A stretch of 64,000 nucleotides of DNA, taken from NCBI GenBank assembly GCA_963708105.1, contig OY970186.1:462659-526658 (forward strand), in the 5' to 3' direction. Source of the stretch: an uncultured Actinomycetes bacterium. GTDB lineage: Bacteria > Actinomycetota > Acidimicrobiia > IMCC26256 > PALSA-610. Below are positions 40,977 to 56,732 of the stretch, piece after piece. Position numbers and translations under genes: made by a program. Positions within the stretch are counted from its first letter, which is position 1; each line of letters opens with the position of its first letter. The notes beneath the pieces were generated by a model. That model was not told the DNA's origin and searched no databases. It saw only the letters and a list, made by a program, of their open reading frames with translations.

Positions 40977-41617
40977 TCAAGTCCGACAGCGAGGTTGCCG
41001 GCGACGGCGACGGCGATCTGTACCGCGGACGGTGGCGACGAGGGCGATGACGGCGAGGATGCTGCACGCCGACGCCGGTGATCCGTCGGAGCAGCAGACC
41101 GGGTAGCACGCGCACGAGCTGGCGTTGCCGCTGAACGCGGCGATCGCGGCGACCGACCACAGCGCGAGGATGGCGCCGAGCCCGACACTGAACGGCGCGT
41201 GGTAGCGCGCCGCGAGGTTGGCGGTGAGCACCTGGGTGAGATCGCCCCACTCCGCGACGAAGATCACGAGGAACGCGGTGCGCGACGTCCGGTGCGGCTG
41301 CAGCGCGGCTCGCCGACGATCCGACCTCGGCCTCGTCGACCTCTTCCTCGTCCGACTCGCGGAACGCGAGCACCGCGCCGACCGCGAACAGCACGGCGAC
41401 CGAGCGCGTCGACGGCCCGGTGCGGAAGCACGTGGAAGAGGCCGACGCCGACACTGACCGCGATCACGACGTGGACGATGAACGCGAGCGACGCGCCGAT
41501 CCAGACCGCCAGCGGACGGCCACGCGACGCGAGGATCAGCGACGCGAACATCGTCTTGTCGGGCAGCTCGCCGAAGAAGATCAGCGGGAAGACGGCGAGC
41601 ACGATCCCGAGCTGCAC
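40977..41617 (-). CDS. GDT1/TMEM165 (UPF0016) family membrane transporter, frameshifted.
   Basis: Two copies of the family motif: 'FFGELPDKTMF' and 'VAEWGDLTQVL'. Confidence 0.7.
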
Positions 41618-41732
41618 CCGAGCGTTCTACCCGACGCGGTACCTCACCGTTCCCACTGTGGGCACGCTCACCTACCGTCGCGGTACGTGACGGTGCCCAC
41701 TGTTGGCGGGTTGGGGGGCTTATTCGATCGGC

Positions 41733-42673
41733 CTACTCGATCGGAATGACGGGGCGGGCGTCGGCGTCGAGTTGGTGCAGGTATTCACTGATGCCGTAGC
41801 CGACCTCGCCGTTGTAGTGCCAGCGGGCGAGGCCTTCGTTCACAATTGTCGTGTTCGGTTTCACTCCGGCCGGGCCGGGCGATACGCGCAGCATTTCGGC
41901 GTCGAGCTCGTGGACTCGGCCCGTCTTGTCGGTCGCGTGCACGTGCGTGGCGGTGTGGGTCACGCCGTCGGGCGCGAGCTCGCTCGTCACCTTCCACTCG
42001 CGGATGCTCGAGTGCGCGCCGTCGGTCCACACCCAACCGCGATGCAGATCGCCCGCGTCGGTCCCGATGCGGATGCCACCGAAGTGCGTGTCGTCACCGA
42101 TGTTGATCGAGAACCAACGCCACATCTTCGGGCCGCCCCACCGCCGCGGACCCCACGACTTGTCGCGATTGCCGCGCCCCTCCACCAGCTCATGCCGCTT
42201 TCCGTCGATGTCGATCCAGCCCGTCCACCGACCGGCTTGTTCGAGATGACCCTTCCCAACGGTCGCGCCCGTCGCCGCGCTCGCACCCGCTCCCGGTCCG
42301 ACCCTGACCGTCGACTCCGACGGGCGGCGTCGAGCGCGTCGAAGGTGAGATCGAGCGCGACGCGATCGGTGTCGGCGGTGAGGCGCCACTCCTGCATCGG
42401 CGCGAGCCGTTCGTAACGCACGCCCCCGACCTCGAGTTCGGAGTCGGTCATCTCGGTCTGCTCGCGCACCGCGTTGTGATGCCAGAGCTCGCCGTTCGGG
42501 AGCCACACCGCGAGCCCAACATCGATGGTGCCCTCGTTGGGCCGCACACCGATGCGAGTGAACAATCCGGTGTCGACCACCGGGCAATAGGCGTTGAAGT
42601 AGTAGCTCTCCGACCACGCGGTATCGCCCTCGACGGGATGGGCGAAATCGTGGCTTCCGTCGAGAATCGGCAT
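41733..42673 (-). CDS. Conserved hypothetical protein. One frameshift near 42300.
   Basis: 'MPILDGSHDFAHPVEGDTAWSESYYFNAY...' and 'GNRDKSWGPRRWGGPKMWRWFSINIG...GISEYLHQLD'. I cannot name the family with confidence. Confidence 0.5.
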
Positions 42674-42682
42674 GCGCCGACG

Positions 42683-43295
42683 CTACGGCAACGCGACCCC
42701 GCTGACCAGGCTCGCGTCGTTGAACGAGCTGAGGTAGGCGGTGCCGTCGGGGCGGCGACCGATCCGGGTCACCGAGGCCACCTCGAGCTGCATCCGCCAG
42801 GTCACGCGATCGTCGACGCCCAGCGCCATGCACACCGCGGCCTTGATCGGCGACACGTGACTGACCGCGACGACGAGATCGTCGGCGCGGCCGCGGCGAA
42901 CACCTCGGCACAGAAGTCGGCGACGCGGGCGGTCGACGTCGCGCGAGCCGTTCGCCGCCCGGCGGTGCGAAGTCGGGATCGACGCGCCACGCGGCCCAGT
43001 CGGCGGCGTGCGCACCTCGGTGAGCGCAAGGCCGTCCCAGTCGCCGTAGTCGAGCTCGATCAGCCGGTCGTCGAGCTCGACCTCGAGATCGTGCGCGGCC
43101 GCGATCGCCGCGGCGGTGTCGCGCGCCCGTTGCAACGGACTACTGAACACGCGCGTCACCGCCTGCGACGCGAAGCCCTTGCCCAACGCCGCGGCCTGCT
43201 GCGAGCCCGAGCGCGCTGAGCGGCGCGTCGAGGCGACCCTGCAGCCGACCGCCGCGGTTGAGCTCGGTCTGACCGTGGCGCACGAACGCGATCAT
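42683..43295 (-). CDS. Histidine phosphatase (phosphoglycerate mutase-like/CobC-like) family protein, frameshifted.
   Basis: 'MIAFVRHGQTELNRGGRLQGRLDAPLS' (RHG motif), 'VFSSPLQRARDTA' and 'VAVSHVSPIKA'. Confidence 0.75.
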
Positions 43296-43791
43296 TCGGC
43301 CTCCGTCTCCCCCACGATCGTCAACCGGCCGGCGTGCAGGAACGCGTGCCGGCGCGCCGGATCGCGCAGGCCGAACCGCGTCCACGTCCACCACGCGGCG
43401 GCCACACCGAGCAGCTCCTCGATCACGACGACCGGCCACGGTCCGAACAGCGGCGCGCTCGGACGGGCCGCGCCGAACGCGGGCCACCAGAACACCTCTT
43501 TGTGCGCCCACGCCGCGCTCAACACGAGCGCCGGAGAACCAGCCGATGCGCGAGCCCGAGCGCGCGGCGGCGCAGCAGGCGGCGGCCGCGGCCCGGTCGT
43601 GGCCAGCATCGTGACGATCGAGCACCGACGACCGCCGCGAGCAACGTGTGCGCGTACGCCTGCGCGCCGAACGGCAGGTCGATCAGCTCGGGCAGCAACG
43701 CGCCCAGCGCGATCAGGCGGAAGTCGAGGCCCGGGCTCTGGAACACGTTCCAGACGCCGAAGATCGCGCCGAACACGAACCAGAGGAACAT
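43292..43791 (-). CDS. Membrane-bound metal-dependent hydrolase-like (DUF457/YdjM-like) protein, frameshifted.
   Basis: 'MFLWFVFGAIFGVWNVFQSPGLDFRLIALGALLPELIDLPFG' and 'WAHKEVFWWPAF'. Stop at 43292, overlapping the phosphatase ATG. Confidence 0.45.
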
Positions 43792-43799
43792 GCGAGCCG

Positions 43800-44300
43800 A
43801 TCCACGTCGCTCGGAGCAGCTCGGGCCGGCGTCGAGCGCCGGCGTTCACCAGCGCGTCGGCGGCGGCGTTCTGCGCGCGCGGGACGTGGTGCAGGTCGAT
43901 CTCGTCGTACGTGCGCGAGCAAGCGCGCGCGCCTCGGTCGCGCAACGGCAGCAGGTGCGGCTGCTTCACCTTCCACGTTCCCTTCACCTGTTCGATGACG
44001 AGCTTGGAGTCGGCCCGCACGCGCACGCGACGTGCGCGCCGAACGGCGCGGCCGCGACTCGAGCCCGGCGATCAGCGCCTTGTACTCCGCGACGTTGTTC
44101 GTCGTGATCCCGATGCACTCGCTCACCTCGGCCAGGCGCCGGGGCGGATCGGTCGACGGGTCGAGCACGACCGCACCGATCGCCGACGGCCCGGGGTTGC
44201 CGCGCGAGCCGCCGTCGCAAAGATGAGCACTCGTCGAGGTGCGCGTCCGCGGGTCGCGCCCGCGACGATGGTCTTGCGAACAGCGAGTGCACTGGGTCAC
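43800..44300 (-). CDS. rnhA: Ribonuclease H (type 1). Frameshifted; the 3' end is approximate.
   Basis: 'CDGGSRGNPGPSAIGAVV', 'NNVAEYKALIAGLE', 'VRADSKLVIEQVKGTWKVKQPHL' and 'HVPRAQNAAADALVNA'. GTGA overlap with the upstream gene. Confidence 0.7.
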
Positions 44301-45029
44301 GGAACGAGGATGGCGGAGCAGTTGTCGCAGTACGAGACGACTGCTGCCCGCGCTCGCGGCGGACCTGCTCGGCCTCCGTCGACGGAATCGTGAGGTGACA
44401 CGCCTGGCACGTGGTGCCGACGAGACGGGCCGCGCCCGCGCCGCGGTTCTGCGCGCGGCGGCGCTCGTAGTCGTGCAAGCAGCGATTCCGCGATCGGCTT
44501 GGCGAGATCGGCCCGCGGCTGCGGTCTCGTGCGCGATCTCGTCGTCGATCTCGGCTTCCGTCGTCGGCGATGCGTCGCCTGCAAGCTCCGCGACCGTCGC
44601 CTGCAGCGCCGCGATCGCACGCGTCGAGCGTGGCCAGCTCGCGCATCGAGCGTCTCGCGCTTCTCCATGACCTCGAGCTCTTCGTCTTCCAGGTCGGAGC
44701 GACGGCGATGCAGCATGTCGATGTCGGCCTGCATCGCCTGCAGCTCCCGCGGCGACGACACCGTTCCCGAGTAGAGCTTCTTGTTCACCTCGTCGGCGCG
44801 TTCGCCGACCGCTTGGGCTTCGTCGTCGATGCGGCGCTCGTCGGCCAGCACGACGCGGTGCCGCTCGCCGACCTCGGCCCGCTCCCCTTCTCGTTCGGCG
44901 CAGCTCGCCGCGCGCGCGCGGTCAGCTCGGCGCGTTCGGGCATGCGCGTCGCGCCGGTGGCGGAGCTGGTCGAGGGTGATGTCGCTGCTCCTGCACGAGC
45001 AAGAGCGCTTCGAGCTCCTCGATGCTCAC
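44297..45029 (-). CDS. Coiled-coil/C4 zinc-ribbon protein (DUF164-like, Rv2229c-like), frameshifted.
   Basis: 'KKLYSGTVSSPRELQAMQADIDMLHRRRSDLEDEELEVMEKRE' and C-terminal 'CQACHLTIPSTE...YCDNCSAILVP'. Confidence 0.65.
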
Positions 45030-47246
45030 GTCAGGGTCCGCCCGTCGGTCGGGGTCGGCGTGGTCGACCGTGTCGGCGGCGGGTGGTGCCTGGTCGGCTG
45101 TCGGTCGGCGGGACGTGGTTGGTCGTCCTTCGTGACGGTCGTCGGCGTCGGACCGTCGTGCACGCGACCGGCGCGGCGGCACGGTCGTGGTCGTGACGCG
45201 GAAGTTGACGGGCGACCGGTAGGTCGAACTTGCGCCCGAGCTCGGTGATGAAGCGCGGGCGGTCGAACGCGTGCGGTCGGGTTCGGCGAAATGGACCACC
45301 GGCAGCGAGGCGGTCGCGGCCTCCATGAACGCGCCGCCAGATCTTGGCCGGGTAACGCCGCGCCGAACACCGGCCCGGATGCCGCCGACATTGCGCATCG
45401 CGATCTCGCCGTTCGGGTTGCCCATCCACACCGCGGCGGTGTACTGCGGGGTGTAACCGACGAACCAGGCGTCCTGAGTTGGGTCGGTGGTGCCGGTCTT
45501 GCCCGCCGCGGGCCGGGGGAAGCTGCCGAGCGTGCGAGCTCGCGGTTCCGCTGCGGAACAGGCCGAAGAGCATCTTGCGTCTCGGTGCGCGCGACGTTGG
45601 GGTCGAGCACCTGCAGCCGGCTCGGTCGGCGCCTGGTAGATCGTCTTGCCGTTGCGGTCGACGATCTTGGTGACGAACGTCGCCCGCTTGAGGACGCCGT
45701 CGTTCGGGAGCACCGAGTAGGCCTGCGCCATCTCGAGCGGGTGCACACCTTGGTGCCGAGCGTGGTCGACACGACGGTCGGCGTTGAAGTTCGAGGTGTC
45801 GATGCCCATCGACTTCGCGGTCTGCGATCGACGGTCTTCACCCCGTCGGCGCCGAAGTTGCCGGGCCCGAGCGAAAGCTCCGTGCGCACGAACGCGCAGT
45901 TGTCGGAACGGGCGATCGCGCGTCGTGAGCGAGATCGCGTCGCCGCCGCAGTCGTCGCGCGTCGCCGAGGTGGTAGAACGTCGTCGTTGGCCCGAGCCCT
46001 GGTTGAGCCGCCAGTGCAGCGGCGCGGTCGAGACCGTGTCGTTCGGCGAGTAACCGTGCGACAGCGCGGCCGCGAGCGTGAACACCTTGAACGACGAACC
46101 GGCCTGGCGTCCCGGGCCCTCGGTGGCCGGGTCGAACTGCATCTGCGCGAACGTGCGGCCGTTCGCGATCGCGCGCACGCCGCCGTCGGCGTTGTCGATG
46201 ACGACCAGCGATGCGGTGAACGTCCGGGTTCGGCGGCGACCGTTGGCTGTTCATCGCCGAGGTCGCCATGAACTGCAGCGTCGGGTCGTACGACGTGTAG
46301 ATCTTCAGCCCGCCGCGGTAGACGGCCGCGGCGCGCGCCTGTTGGGTCGGCGCCGAGGACCTCGGCCGGGTCGCCGGCGACGTTCGGGTCGTCGTTCAGC
46401 AGGACGTTCGGACCTCGTCCATGTAGTAGTCGCGCGGGCGCGAGTGCGGGTAGCTCACCGTGGTGGGCAGCGGCACCGACTTCGGCCGCCTTGGCGGCCG
46501 CGGGCGAGACCTTCCGTTGGCCACCATCGCGTCGAGCACTTCGCTGCGCCGGCGGGCCGCGGCGCCGGGATGCTTGATCGGGTTCAGCGCCTCGGGCGAC
46601 TGGATGAGCCCGGCGAGCAGCGCGGCCTGGGCCAGGTCGAGGTGTTGCCAACGTCGTGCCCGGGAAGTAGCGCTCGACCGCGGCCTGCACGCCGTAGGCG
46701 CCGTTCCCGAAGTACACGAGGTTCAGGTAGTCCTCGAGGATCTGGCTCTTCGTCAGCTGCTTCTCGAGCTCGATCGCGAGGATCGCCTCGCGTGCCTTGG
46801 TGGTGAGGTCGCGCTTGCGGCCGACGCTGAACGTGTTCTTCACCAGCTGCTGGGTGATCGTGGATCCACCCTGGGCGACACCGCCCGCGTCGACGTTCTT
46901 GAACAATGCGCGGGTCGTGCCCGACGAGTCGACGCCGTGGTGCTCGTAGAACTTGCGGTCCTCGATCGAGATGACCGCGTTCTGCAGCACCTGCGGGATG
47001 TCGCGTGAGCTTCACCGGCGAGCGGTCTTCGCTCGCGAACGTGGCCATCACGTTGCCGTTGCGGTCGTAGACGAGCGAGCGCGCCGCGGGCGCGTTGATC
47101 GTGAGCTCGAGCTGGCCGATCGGGGTCGTCGCCTTGCGTGAGCGGGCTGCGCCGCGGGCCCGAGCAGCGTCAGCGAGCCGGCGATCGCGGCACGCGCCGA
47201 CGGCGACCGTCACGACGAACTTGAGGAAGAACTTGAGGGCCTTCAC
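45026..47246 (-). CDS. Class A penicillin-binding protein (transglycosylase plus transpeptidase). Many frameshifts.
   Basis: GT51 motifs 'AVISIEDRKFYEHHGVD', 'GGSTITQQLVKN' and 'KSQILEDYLNLVYFGNGAYG'. Transpeptidase motifs 'GSSFKVFT' (SxxK) and 'KTGTTD'. Confidence 0.85.
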
Positions 47247-47309
47247 GGGTGCAAACAGGATGGCACACGGCAGACCCTCGCCGCCCGGTTCGCCCCGGGT
47301 TGCAGCGGG

Positions 47310-50777
<3,468 letters not shown>

Positions 50778-50781
<4 letters not shown>

Positions 50782-53700
50782 TCGCGGTCGACTCGTTGGG
50801 CAACGGATCTCGAGCGGGTCGCCACGGATCGGAGAGCGAGCTGGAAACCCTGCGAGCTCGGGCGCGTCGAACTTGCGTTGCCATTCCCGCCACCGATCGG
50901 TCGTGCCCATGCCGTCGGGATCGCAGAAGTGGCACGGGATGAACGGCGTCGGCGCGGGCTCGGCCGGCTGCCGCGGGGAACACACCCGCCTTCGATGCCG
51001 TCGACGATGCGTGCGCACCGTGGTCGCGAAGACGTCGTCGACCGCGTCGTCGACGTCGTAACCGATGCGCCGGTTGCTTGCCCCGGCCCGACGAACCAGT
51101 AGTACGCCTCGACCTTGGTGTCGGGTGCGCCGAACGCGGCCCGCGCCGCGTACGCGTAGACCGGCAGCTGCAGATGCGTGCCCGCGCCGTGACCGGTTCG
51201 TCGTGGCTGAGGACCTTGTACGAGCGCTCCGAGCCGGTCTTGTAGTCGATCACGACGAGCGTCGCCGTCGGCGCGCCGATCGACGCGATCGGCCTTACCC
51301 CGCACCCGCACGACTCCGCCCGTCGCCGAGTGCGACCTCGACCGCCCCGACCGCGTCCGTCGGCCATGCCGAACGCGAGCTCCGTCGCGAGCGTCTCCGC
51401 GACACCGGCCGTCGCGGAACGCCTGGTCGGCGTCGAGGAACGCATCGAGCTCGGCGAAGATCAGGCGTCGGTCGCGGTGCCACAGCAGCCGCCGGCCGGT
51501 CAGGCCGCGCGCTTCGGTCTCGGCGCTCACCTCTTCCGCGATCTCGCGCAGGCGGGCCCGGTCGGCGTCGGTCCACGGCCGCCCGGCGTCGGCCCGCTCG
51601 CGCGACCTCGCCGAGGAAACGGTCGAGCACCTCGTGCACGAGCGTGCCGCGATCGATGGGCGCGAGCTGCATGATGTCTTCGGGTTGCTCGACCGGGTCG
51701 ACGTGCAGCACACGTCTCCATGAAGTACGCGTGCGGGCACGCGGCCCAGGTCTGCAAGCCGCGTCGGCGACGCGACCCGTTCGGGATTCGCGGGGCTCAG
51801 ACGGCGAGGCGATCGCGGCAACGATGCCGCGAGGTTGCCGTCGAAGCGGGTGAACTGCGGAGCCCGCCCGCGCGCTCGGTGAGCTCGAGCCCGCGCGCGA
51901 CCGCGGGTTCGGCATCGACCCACTGCTCGCCGCCGACCGCGGCCCGCACCTCGAGCTCGTGGCGGTTCGCGGGGAACGCAACGTGCGTGGCGCCGTACGC
52001 GTACGACGCGACTCGAACGAACGTCGGCACCGACCGCGGCGATCGTGGCCGCGAGGAATCGCGACGGCACGTGTTCGGTGCTGCGCCGCAGATCGCCGCG
52101 CGGGATACGTGCAGACCCGCGCGTCGCTGGTCGAGGCGAGCGCGGCGAGGAACGCGCGTTCGTCGTCGGTGGTGCGGTCGGACACGCAGGCGGAGCTCGC
52201 CGCCGAGCGCGGCCGCGCTCGCGATCGCCGAGCAACGGATCGTCGCGCGGGACCGACGGGAACAGGCCCTCGGCCAGGCCGCACACCCACACGCGGTCGA
52301 GGTCGACCCCGAGCGCCATCGCCCACCGGACCCGACCAGCACACCGTCGCCGAGGCTGCCGACGCGATCGCGGGCCGCGTCGAGCTCGAGCTCGAACGTG
52401 CGCCGGAACACATCGATGGTCGGCGCGGGATCGATCGAGTCGAGGGTGCCGAGCCGGTCGATCACCGCCTCGACGCGCCGCGCCGCGACCTGTCTCGAAC
52501 GGCGGCCACGACTCGCGGCGCGCCTCGTCTCCGAAGAAGCGGCGGACGAGCCCGTGCGCGAACTCGCGCCAGCCCGTTCCACGTGCGCGGCACACGCTCG
52601 GGATCGAGGTCGGCGGCGAGGCCCGCGACGAACGCGCCGCAGCGCGTCGACCTGCGTCTCGCTCCCACGCGCGTCGTTCGTCGTCGGCGGAATGCTCGGA
52701 CGCGTACGTGGCCAGGCGCGCGCGCCATTGTCGACACCGCGCACCACGCCCGCGTAGCGCGACAGTCGTTCCCATTTGCGCCGCGGGAACGGTCGACCGC
52801 GGCCGTCGAGCACCGGCGCCGCCGCGAACAGACCGCACACGTCGTCGCGCGCGAACTCGGTGTCGGCCAGCGCGAAGATGCGCAGGAGGCCGCGCCCGAG
52901 CACCGACTCCGACATCGAGCGGGTCGTGGCACCGTTGTGCGCGATCTCGGCCAGGTTGAAGTGCTCGTGCAGCAGCCGGGCGTACGGCTCGTCGGAGGCG
53001 TACAGCACGGCCATGCGCTCGAGCGGCACGCCGGCGCGCATCGCGTCGACGACGCCCCGACGATCGCCGCGCACCTCGTCGTCGGGATCGGAGGCGTTCC
53101 ACACCTCGGTGCCCACGACCGGGACGATCGCCGCGCCGGAGCTGCGGTCGAGCCTCGGCGCCGACCCGGCGCAGGCTCGCGACGACCTCGCGCGTCGGCC
53201 GACGGCCGAGCCCGTGAGCCCGACGATGATCTCGACGCGCGGTGCGCTCGGCCAGCGCCCGCAGCAGGCGGGCCGCGGGTGCGCTCCAGCGCTGCGGCAG
53301 GAAGCAGACGACCGTGCCGAGCTCCCGCGACGAGCGGACTCTCGCGCCGCGACGAGATCGGTCGCGACGCGCATCAGGTCGTGCTCGTCGTGCCACTCGC
53401 GGTCGAGGAGCGACTTCGTCGCGCGGTGCAGCCGCACGACCTCGCCGGCGCGCGGATGTTGCGCGGCGAGCAGGTCGAGCTGGGCCGGGTCGAGATCGGC
53501 GAGCTCGCGGTGCGCGGCGACGAGTGCCTCTTCGGTGGCGGGATGTTCGCGACCGGCGCGAAGAGGCCCGGCGTTGCGTGCGAGCGCGCGCCGAACCGCC
53601 GACGCGACGACCGGAGTGGATACCGGCCGGCGTCCCGGCCGCCGCCAGCTCCGCCGCGCCGAGCAACTCCGCGAGCCGGTACACGGTGAGGAACGTCACG

Positions 53701-53986
53701 CCGACCACTCCGCGCCCGGCCGCGCTCACCGCGCCGAGCTCGCCCGACGCGAGCCGGCGCCGCGCGGAGACCCCGACCGAGTTCGTCGGCACGACGACCG
53801 TCACCGGCGCGAGCGCGTCGGCGCGCTTGCGCGCGCGCCACCGCGTCGCGCAATGCCTGCGGATGCGGCACGCCCGTAGGCGGTGGGGACGACGGTGATC
53901 GGCACGGCCGGATCGTACGGCGATGGTGAGACACCGACGAGACGACAGCGAAAGTCCCTGTATCGCGTGGGCTTACGGGTTTGCAC
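50778..53986 (-). CDS. adnA: AdnA-like helicase-nuclease subunit. Many frameshifts; start uncertain.
   Basis: 'VVIDYKTGSERSYK' (PD-(D/E)XK), C-terminal Cys motif 'CHFCDPDG', N-terminal 'VVVPTNSVGVSARRRLA'. It sits directly upstream of the adnB-like gene with a GTGA junction. Confidence 0.65.
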
Positions 53987-54035
53987 GTTTACGCGGCCAC
54001 GGGTACCCCGTGATCACTCGACTTAGGAGGGAACT

Positions 54036-54191
54036 ATGGGGCTCGTGCTCCTCATCCTGCTGATTGCACTACTGCTCGGCGGCCTCGGTTTTGCTGCGCA
54101 TTTCCTCTGGATATTCGCAGTCATCGTCGCCGTGTTCTGGCTCGCGGGGTTCGCGTTCCGTTCCGGCGAGGGTCATTGGTACGGCCGCTGA
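54036..54191 (+). CDS. Tiny hydrophobic membrane protein (51 aa). Not in the supplied ORF track.
   Basis: 'aggagg' at 54025-54030, then the ATG at 54036 after a 5-nt spacer. 'MGLVLLILLIALLLGGLGFAAHFLWIFAVIVAVFWLAGFAFRSGEGHWYGR*', followed by a hairpin and T-tract. Confidence 0.6.
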   Translation: MGLVLLILLIALLLGGLGFAAHFLWIFAVIVAVFWLAGFAFRSGEGHWYGR

Positions 54192-54252
54192 CGCCGGCCG
54201 CTGACCTCGCTTACCGACCTGCGTGATCGGCACTGATCTGCAGGGGTAATTC

Positions 54253-54297
54253 CACGCCCGAGTCGCGCCTACGCCGCGACTCGGGGCGTGTGGTTTT
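54253..54297 (+). terminator. Rho-independent terminator.
   Basis: Stem 'cacgcccgagtcgcg' / loop 'cctacgc' / 'cgcgactcggggcgtg' (one bulged base), followed by 'tggtttt'. It lies 60 nt after the 54191 stop. Confidence 0.55.
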
Positions 54298-55036
54298 CAG
54301 CGGACCGGTTCGTCGACTGCCAGCGTGCGCCGGAAGAAGTCGACGGCGAGTTGGATCGCCTCGGGCGGGAGGTCGACGTGCGTTCCCGTCCACACGCCCA
54401 TGCGCTTCGGGCCCGGGAATCATCTCCAGCACTTCGATCGCACCGTCGATCGGGAAGTGCTCGTCGCGCGTCATGTTGAGCATCAGCACTTCACGCCCGC
54501 CGAGTCGGCTCACACCGGAACGGATCAGCTCGTCGCGCGTCGTCGTCGCGCATCAGGCCGCCGAGCGCGAACACCGCCGCGCTGACCGACGCGAGATCGG
54601 CCACGATCGAGAGCCCGAACATCGCGCCCATCGAGAAACCCGCGTAACCCGTCGGTCCGGTGATGCGCGGGTCGGCGGCGCGCGCCGCGGTCTCGACCGC
54701 ACGCCAGTCGGCGACGAGCTGCGCGTGATTCGTCGGGATCCGACATCCGGCGCGCGACGTCGGCATCGAACTCGTCATCGTTGCTGCCGGCCGGCGCGTC
54801 GTTCGCCGTGCCCGGGACTGTCCATCAGCGCGACCGCGGCCGGGACACCCCGGCCGAAGCCCTTGGCGATCATCTGCATGATCGGATCGTCCTTCGACAG
54901 GTGCGCGCCGTGCCCGAACAGGATCGAGCGGCAGCGCCGCCGTGTCATCGGCGCCGGACGGAACGAACAGCAGCGTCGGCGGGGTCGCGTCGTCGGCGAG
55001 ACGAATGGCGAGAGCGGCATGACAGCAGTGGACCAC
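54297..55036 (-). CDS. Alpha/beta hydrolase-fold protein (dienelactone hydrolase-like). Frameshifted; start uncertain.
   Basis: Stitched fragments 'LLFVPSGADD', 'FGHGAHLSKDDPIMQMIAKGFGRGVPAAVALMDSPGHGER', 'GYAGFSMGAMFGLSIVA' (nucleophile elbow G-F-S-M-G) and 'MLNMTRDEHFPIDGAIEVLEMIPGP'. Confidence 0.55.
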
Positions 55037-55150
55037 ACGCGTACCCTCCCCACCAGAGCGGCAGCGGAGCCTCTGCCACTTCCCGCGCCGCTGCTCTGGC
55101 AGAGGCGCAGCGCGAGCGACCAGTAGAGGCAGAGCAGCAGAGGAGACGAG

Positions 55151-56700
55151 ATGCGCGTACCGCTGACCGTGCTGGATTTCATCGAACGGGCCGAGCTCGT
55201 CTACGGCGACCGGATCGGCGTGGTCGACGAGCCCGACCAGCCTGCGGAATCGCTGGGTGAGCTGACCTGGCGGGAGGTCGCCCGGCTGCGCCCGGGCGCA
55301 GGCGGCGGGCTTCGACGCGCTGGGTGTCGGTCACGGCGAACGCGTGGCGATCGTCTCGCACAACTCGGCTCGTCTCCTCGCCGCCTTCTTCGGGGTGTCC
55401 GCGTACGGACGCGTGCTGGTGCCGATCAACTTCCGACTCAACGCAGAGGAGATCGGCTACATCGTCGAGCACTCGGGCGCGTCGGTGTCTGCTCGTCGAT
55501 CCCGAGCTCGAACCGGCGCTCGTCGGGCGTCACCGCCAAGCACCGGTTCATCATCGGGAGTGCCGCCGACGAACGCGCTCCTGCGCTTCGACACCGAGCC
55601 CGAGCCGTGGGATCGCCGACGAAGACGCGACCGGGAACGATCAACTACACGAGCGGCACCACCGCGCGTCCGAAGGGCGTGCAACTCACGCACCGCAACG
55701 CTCTGGTTCAACGCGACCACCTTCGGCTGGCAGACCGGTGTCGAGCGATCGCGACGTGTACCTCTGGACGCTGCCGATGTTCCACTGCAACGGCTGGGGC
55801 ATGTCGTACGCGGTCACCGGGATGGGCGGGCGGCACATCGTGCTGCGCAAGATCGACGGCGCGGAGATCCTGCGCCGCGTCGAACGCACACGGCGTCACG
55901 TTGCTGTGCGGTGCACCCGCGGTCGTGTCGGCCGATCCTCGATGCCGCGCAGAACGTGGGACGGCGAGATTCCCGGCCGCGGTCGCGTGCGCATGGTCGT
56001 GGCGGGCGCGCCGCCGCCGACGCGCCTGATCGAGCGCATGGAGACCGAGCTCGGCTGGGAGTTCATCCAGATCTACGGGCTCACCGAAACCGCGCCGTTG
56101 CTGACGATGTCGCGCGGTACGCGCGGAATGGGACGCGCTCGACCCCGCGTCCGCGCGCCCAGAAGCTCGGACGCGCGGGCGCGCCCGCGCTCGGCGTCAG
56201 TCTCGACGTCAGCGATCAGGGCGAAGTGCTGGCCCGTTCGAACGTCGTGCTCGAGGGCTACTGGGAACAGCCCGAGGCGACGGCCGACGCGCTGGCGGGC
56301 GGATGGTTCCACACCGGCGACGGCGGGACGATCGACGACGACAGCTACCTCTCGATCAGCGACCGCAAGAAGGACGTGATCATCTCGGGCGGCGAGAACG
56401 TCAGCTCGATCGAGGTCGAGGACTGTCTGTACCAACACCCGGCGGTGGCGGAGGCGTGCGTGATCGGCGTGCCCGACGACAAGTGGGGCGAGACCGTGAA
56501 GGCGCTGGTCGTGCTGAAGCCGGGCGCCGACGCGACCGAGGCCGACCTGATCGCGCACTGCCGCGGACGCCTCACGCATTTCAAGTGCCCGACCTCGGTC
56601 GAGTTCCGCGCCGAGTTCGCCGCGCACCTCGACGGGCAAGCTGCAGAAGTTCAAGATCCGGGCGCCGTACTGGGAAGGCCGCGAGCGCCAGATCAACTGA
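55151..56700 (+). CDS. AMP-dependent acyl-CoA synthetase/ligase, frameshifted.
   Basis: 'INYTSGTTARPKGVQLTHRN', 'LPMFHCNGWG', 'IYGLTETAP', 'GWFHTGDGG', 'DRKKDVIISGGENVSSIEVE' and C-terminal 'GKLQKFKIR'. Confidence 0.85.
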
Positions 56701-56732
56701 CGCCGCAGCTGTTTCAGTCCTAAGGTGCGCCC

